A model generated the notes under the pieces. The model was not told the DNA's origin and made no database searches. It was given only the letters and a program-made list of their open reading frames with translations. Source: the human T2T-CHM13v2.0 reference genome, Homo sapiens. Taken from it: DNA of 64,000 nt. Location of the stretch: the NCBI RefSeq assembly GCF_009914755.1, contig NC_060948.1. One strand, given 5' to 3'. The translations under genes and the position numbers were made by a program. Positions 30,001-44,785 of the stretch are shown piece by piece. Numbering within the stretch: the stretch's first letter is position 1; each line of letters starts with the position of its first letter.

Positions 30001-33000
30001 ATAAAGTGGAATGCTACGGTCTCGAATGGAATAAAAATGTATGGAATGGAATGCAATGAAACGGAATCGAATGTCATAGAATGTAATGGAATGCAAAAAA
30101 ATGGAATCCAAAATCATTGACTGGAAAGGCTGGGTGTCGAAAGGAATTGACTCCAATGGAATGGAATCGAATGGAATGGAAGTGAATAGAATCGAACTAA
30201 ATCGAATGGAATGGAATTGATAGGAACGGAATGGAAAGGAATGCAATGATTTGGCATGGAATGGAATCGAATGGCATCGAATGGAATGGAATGGAATGCA
30301 ATTGAATGGAATGTATTAGAATGTAATGAACTTTAATGGAATGTACTCGAATGGATTCGACTGGAATGGAATGTTCTGGAAGTGAATGGACTCCAATGGA
30401 ATGGATTCAAAAGGAATGGAATCGTACGGAATGGAATCTAATGGAATGGAATTAAATGGAAATGAATCAAATTGAATAGCACGGAATTGAATTGAATGGA
30501 ATCGAATGCAATGGAATCTAAAGAAACGGAAAGGAAAGGAATGGAATGGAATGGAATGGGCTGGAATGGAAAGGAATCGAAACGAATGGAATGGAATCGA
30601 ACTGAAGAGACTGGAATGGAATGCACTGGAATGGAAGGGAGTGTAATGGAAGGTTCTCGAAAAAAATGGAATCGAATGGAATGGAATTGAATGGAACGGA
30701 ATAGAGTCGAATGGAATTGAATGGAATGGAATGGACTAGAGTGAAATGGAATCGAACCACAAGGAATGGACAGGAATAGAATGGTCTCGAATTGAATGGA
30801 ATCGTATGGAATGGCATCAAACGGAATGGAATGGACAGCCACGGAATGGAATGCACTCGAATGCAATGGAGTCGAAACTAATGGACTGGAATAGAATGGA
30901 TTCGACTGGTACGGACTCTAATGGAATGGAATCGAATGGAAGGGAATCGAACGGAATGGACTCGAAGGGAAAAGACTGCAATGGAAAGGTCTCGAATGGA
31001 ATGGAAATTAATGGAATGGAATGGAATCGAATGAAATGGAGTCAAAAGGAATGGAATCGAATGGCAAGAAATCGAATGTAATGGAATCGCAAGGAATTGA
31101 TGTGAACGGAACGGAATGGAATGGAATCCAAAGGAATGGAATAGAATGGAATGGAATCGAATGGAAAGGACTCGAATGGAAATCACTCGAATAGAATGCA
31201 ATTTAATAAAATAGGATCAAATGTAATGGAATGGAATGGAAAGGAATCGAAACGAAAGGAATGGAGACAGATGGAATGGAATGGAACAGAGAGCAATGGT
31301 ATAGAATGGAATGGAATCATCTGGAATGGAATTGAATGGAATGGAATAATATGAAATGGAATGGAATGGAATGGAATGGAATGCCCTTGAATTAAATGGA
31401 CTGGAATGGAATGGACTCGAACAGAGTGGAATGGAAAGTGTTGAGATAGAATGGAATGGACTCGTTTGGAATGGTCTAGTATGCAATGCAATCGACTGGC
31501 AGGGAATCAAAAGGAATGTAATGGAATGGATTGGACTGGAATGCAATGGACTCGAATAGATTGGAAACGGAATGCAAAGGAATGGAATGGAATAGTATGG
31601 AATGGAATGGAAAGGAATGGAGTGGAATAGACTAGAGTGGAATGGAATATACTGGAAAGCAATAGACTGGAATGGAACTTTCTTGAATGGACTGGAATCA
31701 AACGGAATGGAATGCAATGCAATCAAATGGCATGGAATAAAATAGAATGAAAGAGAATCAAATGGAATTGAATCGAATGGAATCGAATGGATTGGAAAGG
31801 AATCGAATGGATTGGAAATGAATAGAATGGAATGGAATGGAATTGACTCAAATGGAATGGACTAGAATGGAATGGATTCGAATGGAAGGCAAAGGAATGG
31901 AATCTATTGGAATGGACTGTAATGGAATGGAATGGAAGGGATTGGAATGGACTCGAATGGAATGGACTGCAATAGAAAGGATTCGAATGGAATGAAAAAG
32001 AATTGAATGGAATAGAACAGAATGGAATCAAATCGAATGAAATGGAATGGAATAGAAAGGAATGGAATGAAATGGAATGGATAGGATTCGAATGGAATGC
32101 AATCGAATGGAATGGAATCGAACGGAATGGAATAAAATGGAAGAAAACTGGCAAGAAATGGAATCGAAATGAATGGAGTGTTATGGAACGGACTCAAAAG
32201 GAATTGAATGTAATAGAATGGAGTGGAGTGGACTCGAATATAATGGACTGGAATGGAATGAAATCACATGGAATGGGAACGAATGGAATGGAATGGAAAG
32301 GAATGGAATCGAATGGAAAGGAATCGAATGGAAGGGAATGAAATTGAATCAACAGGAATGGAAGGGAATAGAATAGACGGTAATGGAATGGACTCGAATA
32401 GAATGGACACGAATGCTCAAATTGAATGGACTCGAATGGAATGGAAACGAAAGGAATGTCATCGAATGGAATTGAATCGATTGGAATGAAATCGCATAGA
32501 ATGGAGTGGAATCAAATGGAATTGAATCGAAAGGAAAGGAAGCGAATGGACTGAAATGAAATGGAATGGAATTGAATGGAAAGTAATGCAATGGAATAGA
32601 ATGGAACGAAATTTCACGGAATGGAATCAAACTGAATGGAATCAAATCAATGGAATCTAATCAAATGGAATAGAAAGGAATTGAATGGAGTAGATTGGAT
32701 TGGATGGGATTGGAATGAAATGTACTGGAAAGGACTCGAATTTCATGAAACGGAATGGAATGAATTGGAACGGAATGGACTCGAATGGAATGGAATGTCA
32801 TGGAATGGCATCAAATGGAATGGCATCAAATGGAATGGAATCGAATGCAATGGAATGCTATGGAATGGAATGGAATGCATTGGAATGGAATGTCCTCTAA
32901 TGGAATGGATTCGAGTGGAATGGAATCGAATATAATGGAGTCGAATGAAATGGAATTGAAAAGAATGGGATCGAATACAATGGAATATACTGGAATGTAA

Positions 33001-36000
33001 TGTAATGAACTCGAATGTAATTGACTGGAATGGAATGTACATGAATGGAATGTAATCGAATGGAAAGTAATCCAATGGAATAGAAACTAATGCAATAAAA
33101 TCGACTCAAATAGAGTAGAATGTAATGGAATGGAGTGCAGTGCAATGGAATGGAATGGAATGGAATGCAATGGAATGGAATGGATTGGAATGGAATGGGA
33201 TGGAATGGTGTGGAATGGATAGTAATGGACTGGTGTGAAATGGACTGGAAAGGAATGGACTCAAATTGAAAGGGCTCGAAAGGAATGGAGTGAAATGGAA
33301 TGGTCTGGAATGGAATGAACACGAATGTAATGCAATCCAATAGAATGGAATCGAATGGCATGGAATATAAAGAAATGGAATCGAAGAGAATGGAAACAAA
33401 TGGAATGGAATTGAATGGAATGGAATTGAATGGAATGGGAACGAATGGAGTGAAATTGTATGCAGTAGAAGAGAATAGAATGGAATGCAAGTGAAAGGAA
33501 AGGAATGGATTGGAATGGAATGGAATTCATTGGAATGGAAGGGAATGTAGTGTAATGGACAGGCCTGGAATAAAGTGGAATGCTACGGTCTCGAATGGAA
33601 TAAAAATGTATGGAATGGAATGCAATGAAACGGAATCGAATGTCATAGAATGTAATGGAATGCAAAAAAATGGAATCCAAAATCATTGACTGGAAAGGCT
33701 GGGTGTCGAAAGGAATTGACTCCAATGGAATGGAATCGAATGGAATGGAAGTGAATAGAATCGAACTAAATCGAATGGAATGGAATTGATAGGAACGGAA
33801 TGGAAAGGAATGCAATGATTTGGCATGGAATGGAATCGAATGGCATCGAATGGAATGGAATGGAATGCAATGGAATGGAACGTATTAGAATGTAATGAAG
33901 TTTAATGGAATGTACTCGAATGGATTCGACTGGAATGGAATGTTCTGGAAGTGAATGGACTCCAATGGAATGGATTCAAAAGGAATGGAATCGTACGGAA
34001 TGGAATCTAATGGAATGGAATTAAATGGAAATGAATCAAATTGAATAGCACGGAATTGAATTGAATGGAATCGAATGCAATGGAATCTAATGAAACGGAA
34101 AGGAAAGGAATGGAATGGAATGGAATGGGCTGGAATGGAAAGGAATCGAAACGAATGGAATGGAATCGAACTGAAGAGACTGGAATGGAATGCACTGGAA
34201 TGGAAGGGAGTGTAATGGAAGGTTCTCGAAAAAAATGGAATCGAATGGAATGGAATTGAATGGAACAGAATAGAGTCGAATGGAATTGAATGGAATGGAA
34301 TGGACTAGAGTGAAATGGAATCGAACCACAAGGAATGGACAGGAATAGAATGGTCTCGAATTGAATGGAATCGTATGGAATGGCATCAAACGGAATGGAA
34401 TGGACAGCCACGGAATGGAATGCACTCGAATGCAATGGAGTCGAAACTAATGGACTGGAATAGAATGGACTCGACTGGTACGGACTCCAATGGAATGGAA
34501 TCGAATGGAAGGGAATCGAACGGAATGGACTCGAAGGGAAAAGACTGCAATGGAAAGGTCTCGAATGGAATGGAAATTAATGGAATGGAATGGAATCGAA
34601 TGAAATGGAGTCAAAAGGAATGGAATCGAATGGCAAGAAATCGAATGTAATGGAATCGCAAGGAATTGATGTGAACGGAACGGAATGGAATGGAATCCAA
34701 AGGAATGGAATAGAATGGAATGGAATCGAATGGAAAGGACTCGAATGGAAATCACTCGAATAGAATGCAATTTAATAAAATAGGATCAAATGTAATGGAA
34801 TGGAATGGAAAGGAATCGAAACGAAAGGAATGGAGACAGATGGAATGGAATGGAACAGAGAGCAATGGTATAGAATGGAATGGAATCATCTGGAATGGAA
34901 TTGAATGGAATGGAATAATATGAAATGGAATGGAATGGAATGGAATGGAATGCCCTTGAATTAAATGGACTGGAATGGAATGGACTCGAACAGAGTGGAA
35001 TGGAAAGTGTTGAGATAGAATGGAATGGACTCCTTTGGAATGGTGTAGTATGCAATGCAATCGACTGGCAGGGAATCAAAAGGAATGTAATGGAATGGAT
35101 TGGACTGGAATGCAATGGACTCGAATAGATTGGAAACGGAATGCAAAGGAATGGAATGGAATAGTATGGAATGGAATGGAAAGGAATGGAGTGGAATAGA
35201 CTAGAGTGGAATGGAATGGACTGGAAAGCAATGGACTGGAATGGAACTTTCTTGAATGGACTGGAATCAAACGGAATGGAATGCAATGCAATCAAATGGC
35301 ATGGAATAAAATAGAATGAAAGAGAATCAAATGGAATTGAATCGAATGGAATCGAATGGATTGGAAAGGAATAGATTGGAATGGAATGGAATTGACTCAA
35401 ATGGAATGGACTAGAATGGAATGGATTCGAATGGAAGGCAAAGGAATGGAATCTATTGGAATGGACTGTAATGGAATGGAAAGGAAGGGATTGGAATGGA
35501 CTCAAATGGAATGGACTGCAATAGAAAGGATTCGAATGGAATGAAAAAGAATTGAATGGAATAGAACAGAATGGAATCAAATCGAATGAAATGGAATGGA
35601 ATAGAAAGGAATGGAATGAAATGGAATGGAAAGGATTCGAATGGAATGCAATCGAATGGAATGGAATCGAACGGAATGGAATAAAATGGAAGAAAACTGG
35701 CAAGAAATGGAATCGAAATGAATGGAGTGTTATGGAACGGACTCAAAAGGAATTGAATATAATAGAATGGAGTGGAGTGGACTCGAATATAATGGACTGG
35801 AATGGAATGAAATCACATGGAATGGGAACGAATGGAATGGAATGGAAAGGAATGGAATCGAATGGAATCGAATTGAAAGGAATCGAATGGAAGGGAATGA
35901 AATTGAATCAACAGGAATGGAAGGGAATAGAATAGACGGTAATGGAATGGACTCGAATAGAATGGACACGAATGCTCAAATTGAATGGACTCGAATGGAA

Positions 36001-39000
36001 TGGAAACGAAAGGAATGTCATCGAATGGAATTGAATCGATTGGAATGAAATCGCATAGAATGGAGTGGAATCAAATGGAATTGAATCGAAAGGAAAGGAA
36101 GCGAATGGACTGAAATGAAATGGAATGGAATTGAATGGAAAGTTATGTAATAGAATAGAATGGAACGAAATTTCACGGAATGGAATCAAACTGAATGGAA
36201 TCAAATCAATGGAATCAAATCAAATGGAATGGAAAGGAATTGAATGGAGTAGATTGGATTGGATGGGATTGGAATGAAATGTACTGGAAAGGACTCGAAT
36301 TTCATGAAACGGAATGCAATGAATTGGAACGGAACGGACTCGAATGGAATGGAATGTCATGGAATGGCATCAAATGGAATGGCATCAAATGGAATGGAAT
36401 CGAATGCAATGGAATGCTATGGAATGGAATGGAATGCATTGGAATGGAATGTCCTCTAATGGAATGGATTCGAGTGGAATGGAATCGAATATAATGGAGT
36501 CGAATGAAATGGAATTGAAAGGAATGGGATCGAATACAATGGAATATACTGGAATGTAATGTAATGAACTCGAATGTAATTGACTGGAATGGAATGTACA
36601 TGAATGGAATGTAATCGAATGGAAAGTAATCCAATGGAATAGAATCTAATGCAATAAAATCGACTCAGATAGAGTAGAATGTAATGGAATGGAGTGCAGT
36701 GCCATGGAATGGAATGGAATGGAATGCAATGGAATGGAATGGAATGCAATGGAATGGAATGGAATGGAATGGAATGGGATGGAATGGTGTGGAATGGATA
36801 GTAATGGACTGGAGTGAAATGGACTGGAAAGGAATGGACTCAAATTGAAAGGGCTCGAAAGGAATGGAGTCAAATGGAATGGTCTGGAATGGAATGAACA
36901 CGAATGTAGTGCAATCCAATAGAATGGAATCGAATGGCATGGAATATAAAGAAATGGAATCAAAGAGAATGGAAACAAATGGAATGGAATTGAATGGAAT
37001 GGAATTGAATGGAATGGGAACGAATGGAGTGAAATTGTATGCAGTAGAAGAGAATAGAATGGAATGCAAGCGAAAGGAAAGGAATGGATTGGAATGGAAT
37101 GGAATTCATTGGAATGGAAGGGAATGTAGTGTAATGGACAGGCCTGGAATAAAGTGGAATGCTACGGTCTCGAATGGAATAAAAATGTATGGAATGGAAT
37201 GCAATGAAACGGAATCGAATGTCATAGAATGTAATGGAATGCAAAAAAATGGAATCCAAAATCATTGACTGGAAAGGCTGGGTGTCGAAAGGAATTGACT
37301 CCAATGGAATGGAATCGAATGGAATGGAAGAGAATAGAATCGAACTAAATCGAATGGAATGGAATTGATAGGAACGGAATGGAAAGGAATGCAATCATTT
37401 GGCATGGAATGGAATCGAATGGCATCGAATGGAATGGAATGGAATGCAATGGAATGGAATGTATTAGAATGTAATGAACTTTAATGGAATGTACTCGAAT
37501 GGAATCGACTGGAATGGAATGTTCTGGAAGTGAATGGACTCCAATGGAATGGATTCAAAAGGAATGGAATCGTACGGAATGGAATCTAAGGGAATGGAAT
37601 TAAATGGAAATGAATCAAACTGAATAGAACGGAATTGAATTGAATGGAATCGAATGCAATGGAATCTAATGAAACGGAAAGGAAAGGAATGGAATGGAAT
37701 GGAATGGGCTGGAATGGAAAGGAATCGAAACGAATGGAATGGAATCGAACTGAAGAGACTGGAATGGAATGCACTGGATGGAAGGGAGTGTAATGGAAGG
37801 TTCTCGAAAAAAATGGAATCGAATGGAATGGAATTGAATGGAACGGAATAGAGTCGAATGGAATTGAATGGAATGGAATGGACTAGAGTGAAATGGAATC
37901 AAACCACAAGGAATGGACAGGAATAGAATGGTCTCGAATTGAATGGAATCGTATGGAATGGCATCAAACGGAATGGAATGGACAGCCACGGAGTGGAATG
38001 CACTCGAATGCAATGGAGTCGAAACTAATGGACTGGAATAGAATGGACTCGTCTGGTACGGACTCCAATGGAATGGAATCGAATGGAAGGGAATCGAACG
38101 GAATGGACTCGAAGGGAAAAGACTGCAATGGAAAGGTCTCGAATGGAATGGAAATTAATGGAATGGAATGGAATCGAATGAAATGGAGTCAAAAGGAATG
38201 GAATCGAATGGCAAGAAATCGAATGTAATGGAATCGCAAGGAATTGATGTGAACGGAACGGAATGGAATGGAATCCAAAGGAATGGAATAGAATGGAATG
38301 GAATCGAATGGAAAGGACTCGAATGGAAATCACTCGAATAGAATGCAATTTAATAAAATAGGATCAAATGTAATGGAATGGAATGGAAAGGAATCGAAAC
38401 GAAAGGAATGGAGACAGATGGAATGGAATGGAACAGAGAGCAATGGTATAGAATGGAATGGAATCATCTGGAATGGAATTGAATGGAATGGAATAATATG
38501 AAATGGAATGGAATGGAATGGAATGGAATGCCCTTGAATTAAATGGACTGGAATGGAATGGACTCGAACAGAGTGGAATGGAAAGTGTTGAGATAGAATG
38601 GAATGGACTCCTTTGGAATGGTGTAGTATGCAATGCAATCGACTGGCAGGGAATCAAAAGGAATGTAATGGAATGGATTGGACTGGAATGCAATGGACTC
38701 GAATAGATTGGAAACGGAATGCAAAGGAATGGAATGGAATAGTATGGAATGGAATGGAAAGGAATGGAGTGGAATAGACTAGAGTGGAATGGAATGGACT
38801 CGAAAGCAATGGACTGGAATGGAACTTTCTTGAATGGACTGGAATCAAACGGAATGGAATGCAATGCAATCAAATGGCATGGAATAAAATAGAATGAAAG
38901 AGAATCAAATGGAATTGAATCGAATGGAATCGAATGGATTGGAAAGGAATAGAATGGAATGGAATGGAATTGACTCAAATGGAATGGACTAGAATGGAAT

Positions 39001-42000
39001 GGATTCGAATGGAAGGCAAAGGAATGGAATCTATTGGAATGGACTGTAATGGAATGGAATGGAAGGGATTGGAATGGACTCGAATGGAATGGACTGCAAT
39101 AGAAAGGATTCGAATGGAATGAAAAAGAATTGAATGGAATAGAACAGAATGGAATCAAATCGAATGAAATGGAATGGAATAGAAAGGAATGGAATGAAAT
39201 GGAATGGAAAGGATTCGAATGGAATGCAATCGAATGGAATGGAATCGAACGGAATGGAATAAAATGGAAGAAAACTGGCAAGAAATGGAATCGAAATGAA
39301 TGGAGTGTTATGGAACGGACTCAAAAGGAATTGAATGTAATAGAATGGAGTGGAGTGGACTCGAATATAATGGACTGGAATGGAATGAAATCACATGGAA
39401 TGGGAACGAATGGAATGGAATGGAAAGGAATGGAATCGAATGGAAAGGAATCGAATGGAAGGGAATGAAATTGAATCAACAGGAATGGAAGGGAATAGAA
39501 TAGACGGTAATGGAATGGACTCGAATAGAATGGACACGAATGCTCAAATTGAATGGACTCGAATGGAATGGAAACGAAAGGAATGTCATCGAATGGAATT
39601 GAATCGATTGGAATGAAATAGCATAGAATGGAGTGGAATCAAATGGAATTGAATCGAAAGGAAAGGAAGCGAATGGACTGAAATGAAATGGAATCGAATT
39701 GAATGGAAAGTTATGTAATGGAATAGAATGGAACGAAATTTCACGGAATGCAATCAAACTGAATGGAATCAAATCAATGGAATCAAATCAAATGGAATGG
39801 AAAGGAATTGAATGGAGTAGATTGGATTGGATGGGATTGGAATGAAATGTACTGGAAAGGACTCGAATTTCATGAAACGGAATGGAATGAATTGGAACGG
39901 AATGGACTCGAATGGAATGGAATGTCATGGAATGGCATCAAATGGAATGGCATCAAATGGAATGGAATCGAATGCAATGGAGTGCTATGGAATGGAATGG
40001 AATGCATTGGAATGGAATGTCCTCTAATGGAATGGATTCGAGTGGAATGGAATCGAATATAATGGAGTCGAATGAAATGGAATTGAAAGGAATGGGATCG
40101 AATATAATGGAATATACTGGAATGTAATGTAATGAACTCGAATGTAATTGACTGGAATGGAATGTACATGAATGGAATGTAATCGAATGGAAAGTAATCC
40201 AATGGAATAGAATCTAATGCAATAAAATCGACTCAGATAGAGTAGAATGTAATGGAATGGAGTGCAGTGCAATGGAATGGAATGGAATGGAATGCAATGG
40301 AATGGAATGGAATGGAATGGAATGCAATGGGATGGTGTGGAATGGATAGTAATGGACTGGAGTGAAATGGACTGGAAAGGAATGGACTCAAATTGAAAGG
40401 GCTCGAAAGGAATGGAGTCAAATGGAATGGTCTGGAATGGAATGAACACGAATGTAATGCAATCCAATAGAATGGAATCGAATGGCATGGAATATAAAGA
40501 AATGGAATCGAAGAGAATGGAAACAAATGGAATGGAATTGAATGGAATGGAATTGAATGGAATGGGAACGAATGGAGTGAAATTGTATGCAGTAGAAGAG
40601 AATAGAATGGAATGCAAGCGAAAGGAAAGGAATGGATTGGAATGGAATGGAATTCATTGGAATGGAAGGGAATGCAGTGTAATGGACAGGCCTGGAATAA
40701 AGTGGAATGCTACGGTCTCGAATGGAATAAAAATGTATGGAATGGAATGCAATGAAACGGAATCGAATGTCATAGAATGTAATGGAATGCAAAAAAATGG
40801 AATCCAAAATCATTGACTGGAAAGGCTGGGTGTCGAAAGGAATTGACTCCAATGGAATGGAATCGAATGGAATGGAAGTGAATAGAATCGAACTAAATCG
40901 AATGGAATAGAATTGATAGGAACGGAATGGAAAGGAATGCAATGATTTGGCATGGAATGCAATCGAATGGCATCGAATGGAATGGAATGGAATGCAATGG
41001 AATGGAATGTATTAGAATGTAATGAACTTTAATGGAATGTACTCGAATGGATTCGACTGGAATGGAATGTTCTGGAAGTGAATGGACTCCAATGGAATGG
41101 ATTCAAAAGGAATGGAATCGTACGGAATGGAATCTAATGGAATGGAATTAAATGGAAATGAATCAAATTGAATAGCACGGAATTGAATTGAATGGAATGG
41201 AATGCAATGGAATCTAATGAAACGGAAAGGAAAGGAATGGAATGGAATGGAATGGGCTGGAATGGAAAGGAATCGAAACGAATGGAATGGAATCGAACTG
41301 AAGAGACTGGAATGGAATGCACTGGAATGGAAGGGAGTGTAATGGAAGGTTCTGGAAAAAAATGGAATCGAATGGAATGGAATTGAATGGAACGGAATAG
41401 AGTCGAATGGAATTGAATGGAATGGAATGGACTAGAGTGAAATGGAATCGAACCACAAGGAATGGACAGGAATAGAATGGTCTCGAATTGAATGGAATCG
41501 TATGGAATGGCATCAAACGGAATGGAATGGACAGCCACGGAATGGAATGCACTCGAATGCAATGGAGTCGAAACTAATGGACTGGAATAGAATGGACTCG
41601 ACTGGTACGGACTCCAATGGAATGGAATCGAATGGAAGGGAATCGAACGGAATGGACTCGAAGGGAAAAGACTGCAATGGAGAGGTCTCGAATGGAATGG
41701 AAATTAATGGAATGGAATGGAATCGAATGAAATGGAGTCAAAAGGAATGGAATCGAATGGCAAGAAATCGAATGTAATGGAATCGCAAGGAATTGATGTG
41801 AACGGAACGGAATGGAATGGAATCCAAAGGAATGGAATAGAATGGAATGGAATCGAATGGAAAGGACTCGAATGGAAATCACTCGAATAGAATGCAATTT
41901 AATAAAATAGGATCAAATGTAATGGAATGGAATGGAAAGGAATCGAAACGAAAGGAATGGAGACAGATGGAATGGAATGGAACAGAGAGCAATGGTATAG

Positions 42001-43743
42001 AATGGAATGGAATCATCTGGAATGGAATTGAATGGAATGGAATAACATGAAATGGACTGGAATGGAATGGAATGCCCTTGAATTAAATGGACTGGAATGG
42101 AATGGACTCGAACAGAGTGGAATGGAAAGTGTTGAAATAGAATGGAATGGACTGGTTTGGAATGGTCTACTATGCAATGCAATCGACTGGCAGGGAATCA
42201 AAAGGAATGTAATCGAATGGATTGGACTGGAATGCAATGGACTCGAATAGATTGGAAACGGAATGCAAAGGAATGGAATGGAATAGTATGGAATGGAATG
42301 GAAAGGAATGGAGTGGAATAGACTAGAGTGGAATGGAATGGACTGGAAAGCAATGGACTGGAATGGAACTTTCTTGAATGGACTGGAATCAAACGGAATG
42401 GAATGCAATGCAATCAAATGGCATGGAATAAAATAGAATGAAAGAGAATCAAATGGAATTGAATCGAATGGAATCGAATGGATTGGAAAGGAATAGAATG
42501 GAATGGAATGGAATTGACTCAAATGGAATGGACTAGAATGGAATGGATTCGAATGGAAGGCAAAGGAATGGAATCTATTGGAATGGACTGTAATGGAATG
42601 GAATGGAAGGGATTGGAATGGACTCGAATGGAATGGACTGCAATAGAAAGGATTCGAATGGAATGAAAAAGAATTGAATGGAATAGAACAGAATGGAATG
42701 AAATCGAATGAAATGGAATGGAATAGAAAGGAATGGAATGAAATGGAATGGAAAGGATTCGAATGGAATGCAATCGAATGGAATGTAATCGAACGCAATG
42801 GAATAAAATGGAAGAAAACTGGCAAGAAATGGAATCGAAATGAATGGAGTGTTATGGAACGGACTCAAAAGGAATTGAATGTAATAGAATGGAGTGGAGT
42901 GGACTCGAATATAATGGACTGGAATGGAATGAAATCACATGGAATGGGAACGAATGGAATGGAATGGAAAGGAATGGAATCGAATGGAAAGGAATCGAAT
43001 GGAAGGGAATGAAATTGAATCAACAGGAATGGAAGGGAATAGAATAGACGGTAATGGAATGGACTCGAATAGAATGGACACGAATGCTCAAATTGAATGG
43101 ACTCGAATGGAATGGAAACGAAAGGAATGTCATCGAATGGAATTGAATCGATTGGAATGAAATCGCATAGAATGGAGTGGAATCAAATGGAATTGAATCG
43201 AAAGGAAAGGAAGCGAATGGACTGAAATGAAATGGAATGGAATTGAATGGAAAGTAATGCAATGGAATAGAATGGAACGAAATTTCACGGAATGGAATCA
43301 AACTGAATGGAATCAAATCAATGGAATCAAATCAAATGGAATGGAAAGGAATTGAATGGAGTAGATTGGATTGGATGGGATTGGAATGAAATGTACTGGA
43401 AAGGACTCGAATTTCATGAAACGGAATGGAATGAATTGGAACGGAATGGACTCGAATGGAATGGAATGTCATGGAATGGCATCAAATGGAATGGCATCAA
43501 ATGGAATGGAATCGAATGTAATGGAATGGAATGCATTGGAATGGAATGTCCTCTAATGGAATGGATTCGAGTGGAATGGAATCGAATATAATGGAGTCGA
43601 ATGAAATGGAATTGAAAGGAATGGGATCGAATACAATGGAATATACTGGAATGTAATGTAATGAACTCGAATGTATTTGACTGGAATGGAATGTACATGA
43701 ATGGAATGTAATCGAATGGAAAGTAATCCAATGGAATAGAATC
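1..43743 (+). repeat. DYZ1: DYZ1 / human satellite 3 (HSat3) tandem array, ~3.55 kb monomer of diverged GGAAT pentamers (~12.3 copies; GGAAT on + strand)
   Basis: Continuous GGAAT/CGAAT/GGACT pentamers. The landmark TTGAATGGAATAGAACAG recurs at 30, 3584, 7118, 10667, 14221, 17764, 21308, 24851, 28434, 32003, 35552, 39130 and 42674 (spacing 3534-3583 bp). One EcoRI (GAATTC, e.g. 1555) and one HaeIII/StuI (AGGCCT, e.g. 1593) site seen per monomer, matching the classical ~3.4-3.6 kb male-specific fragment. Abuts a DYZ2 array as in Yq12. Confidence 0.97.
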
Positions 43744-44785
<1,042 letters not shown>

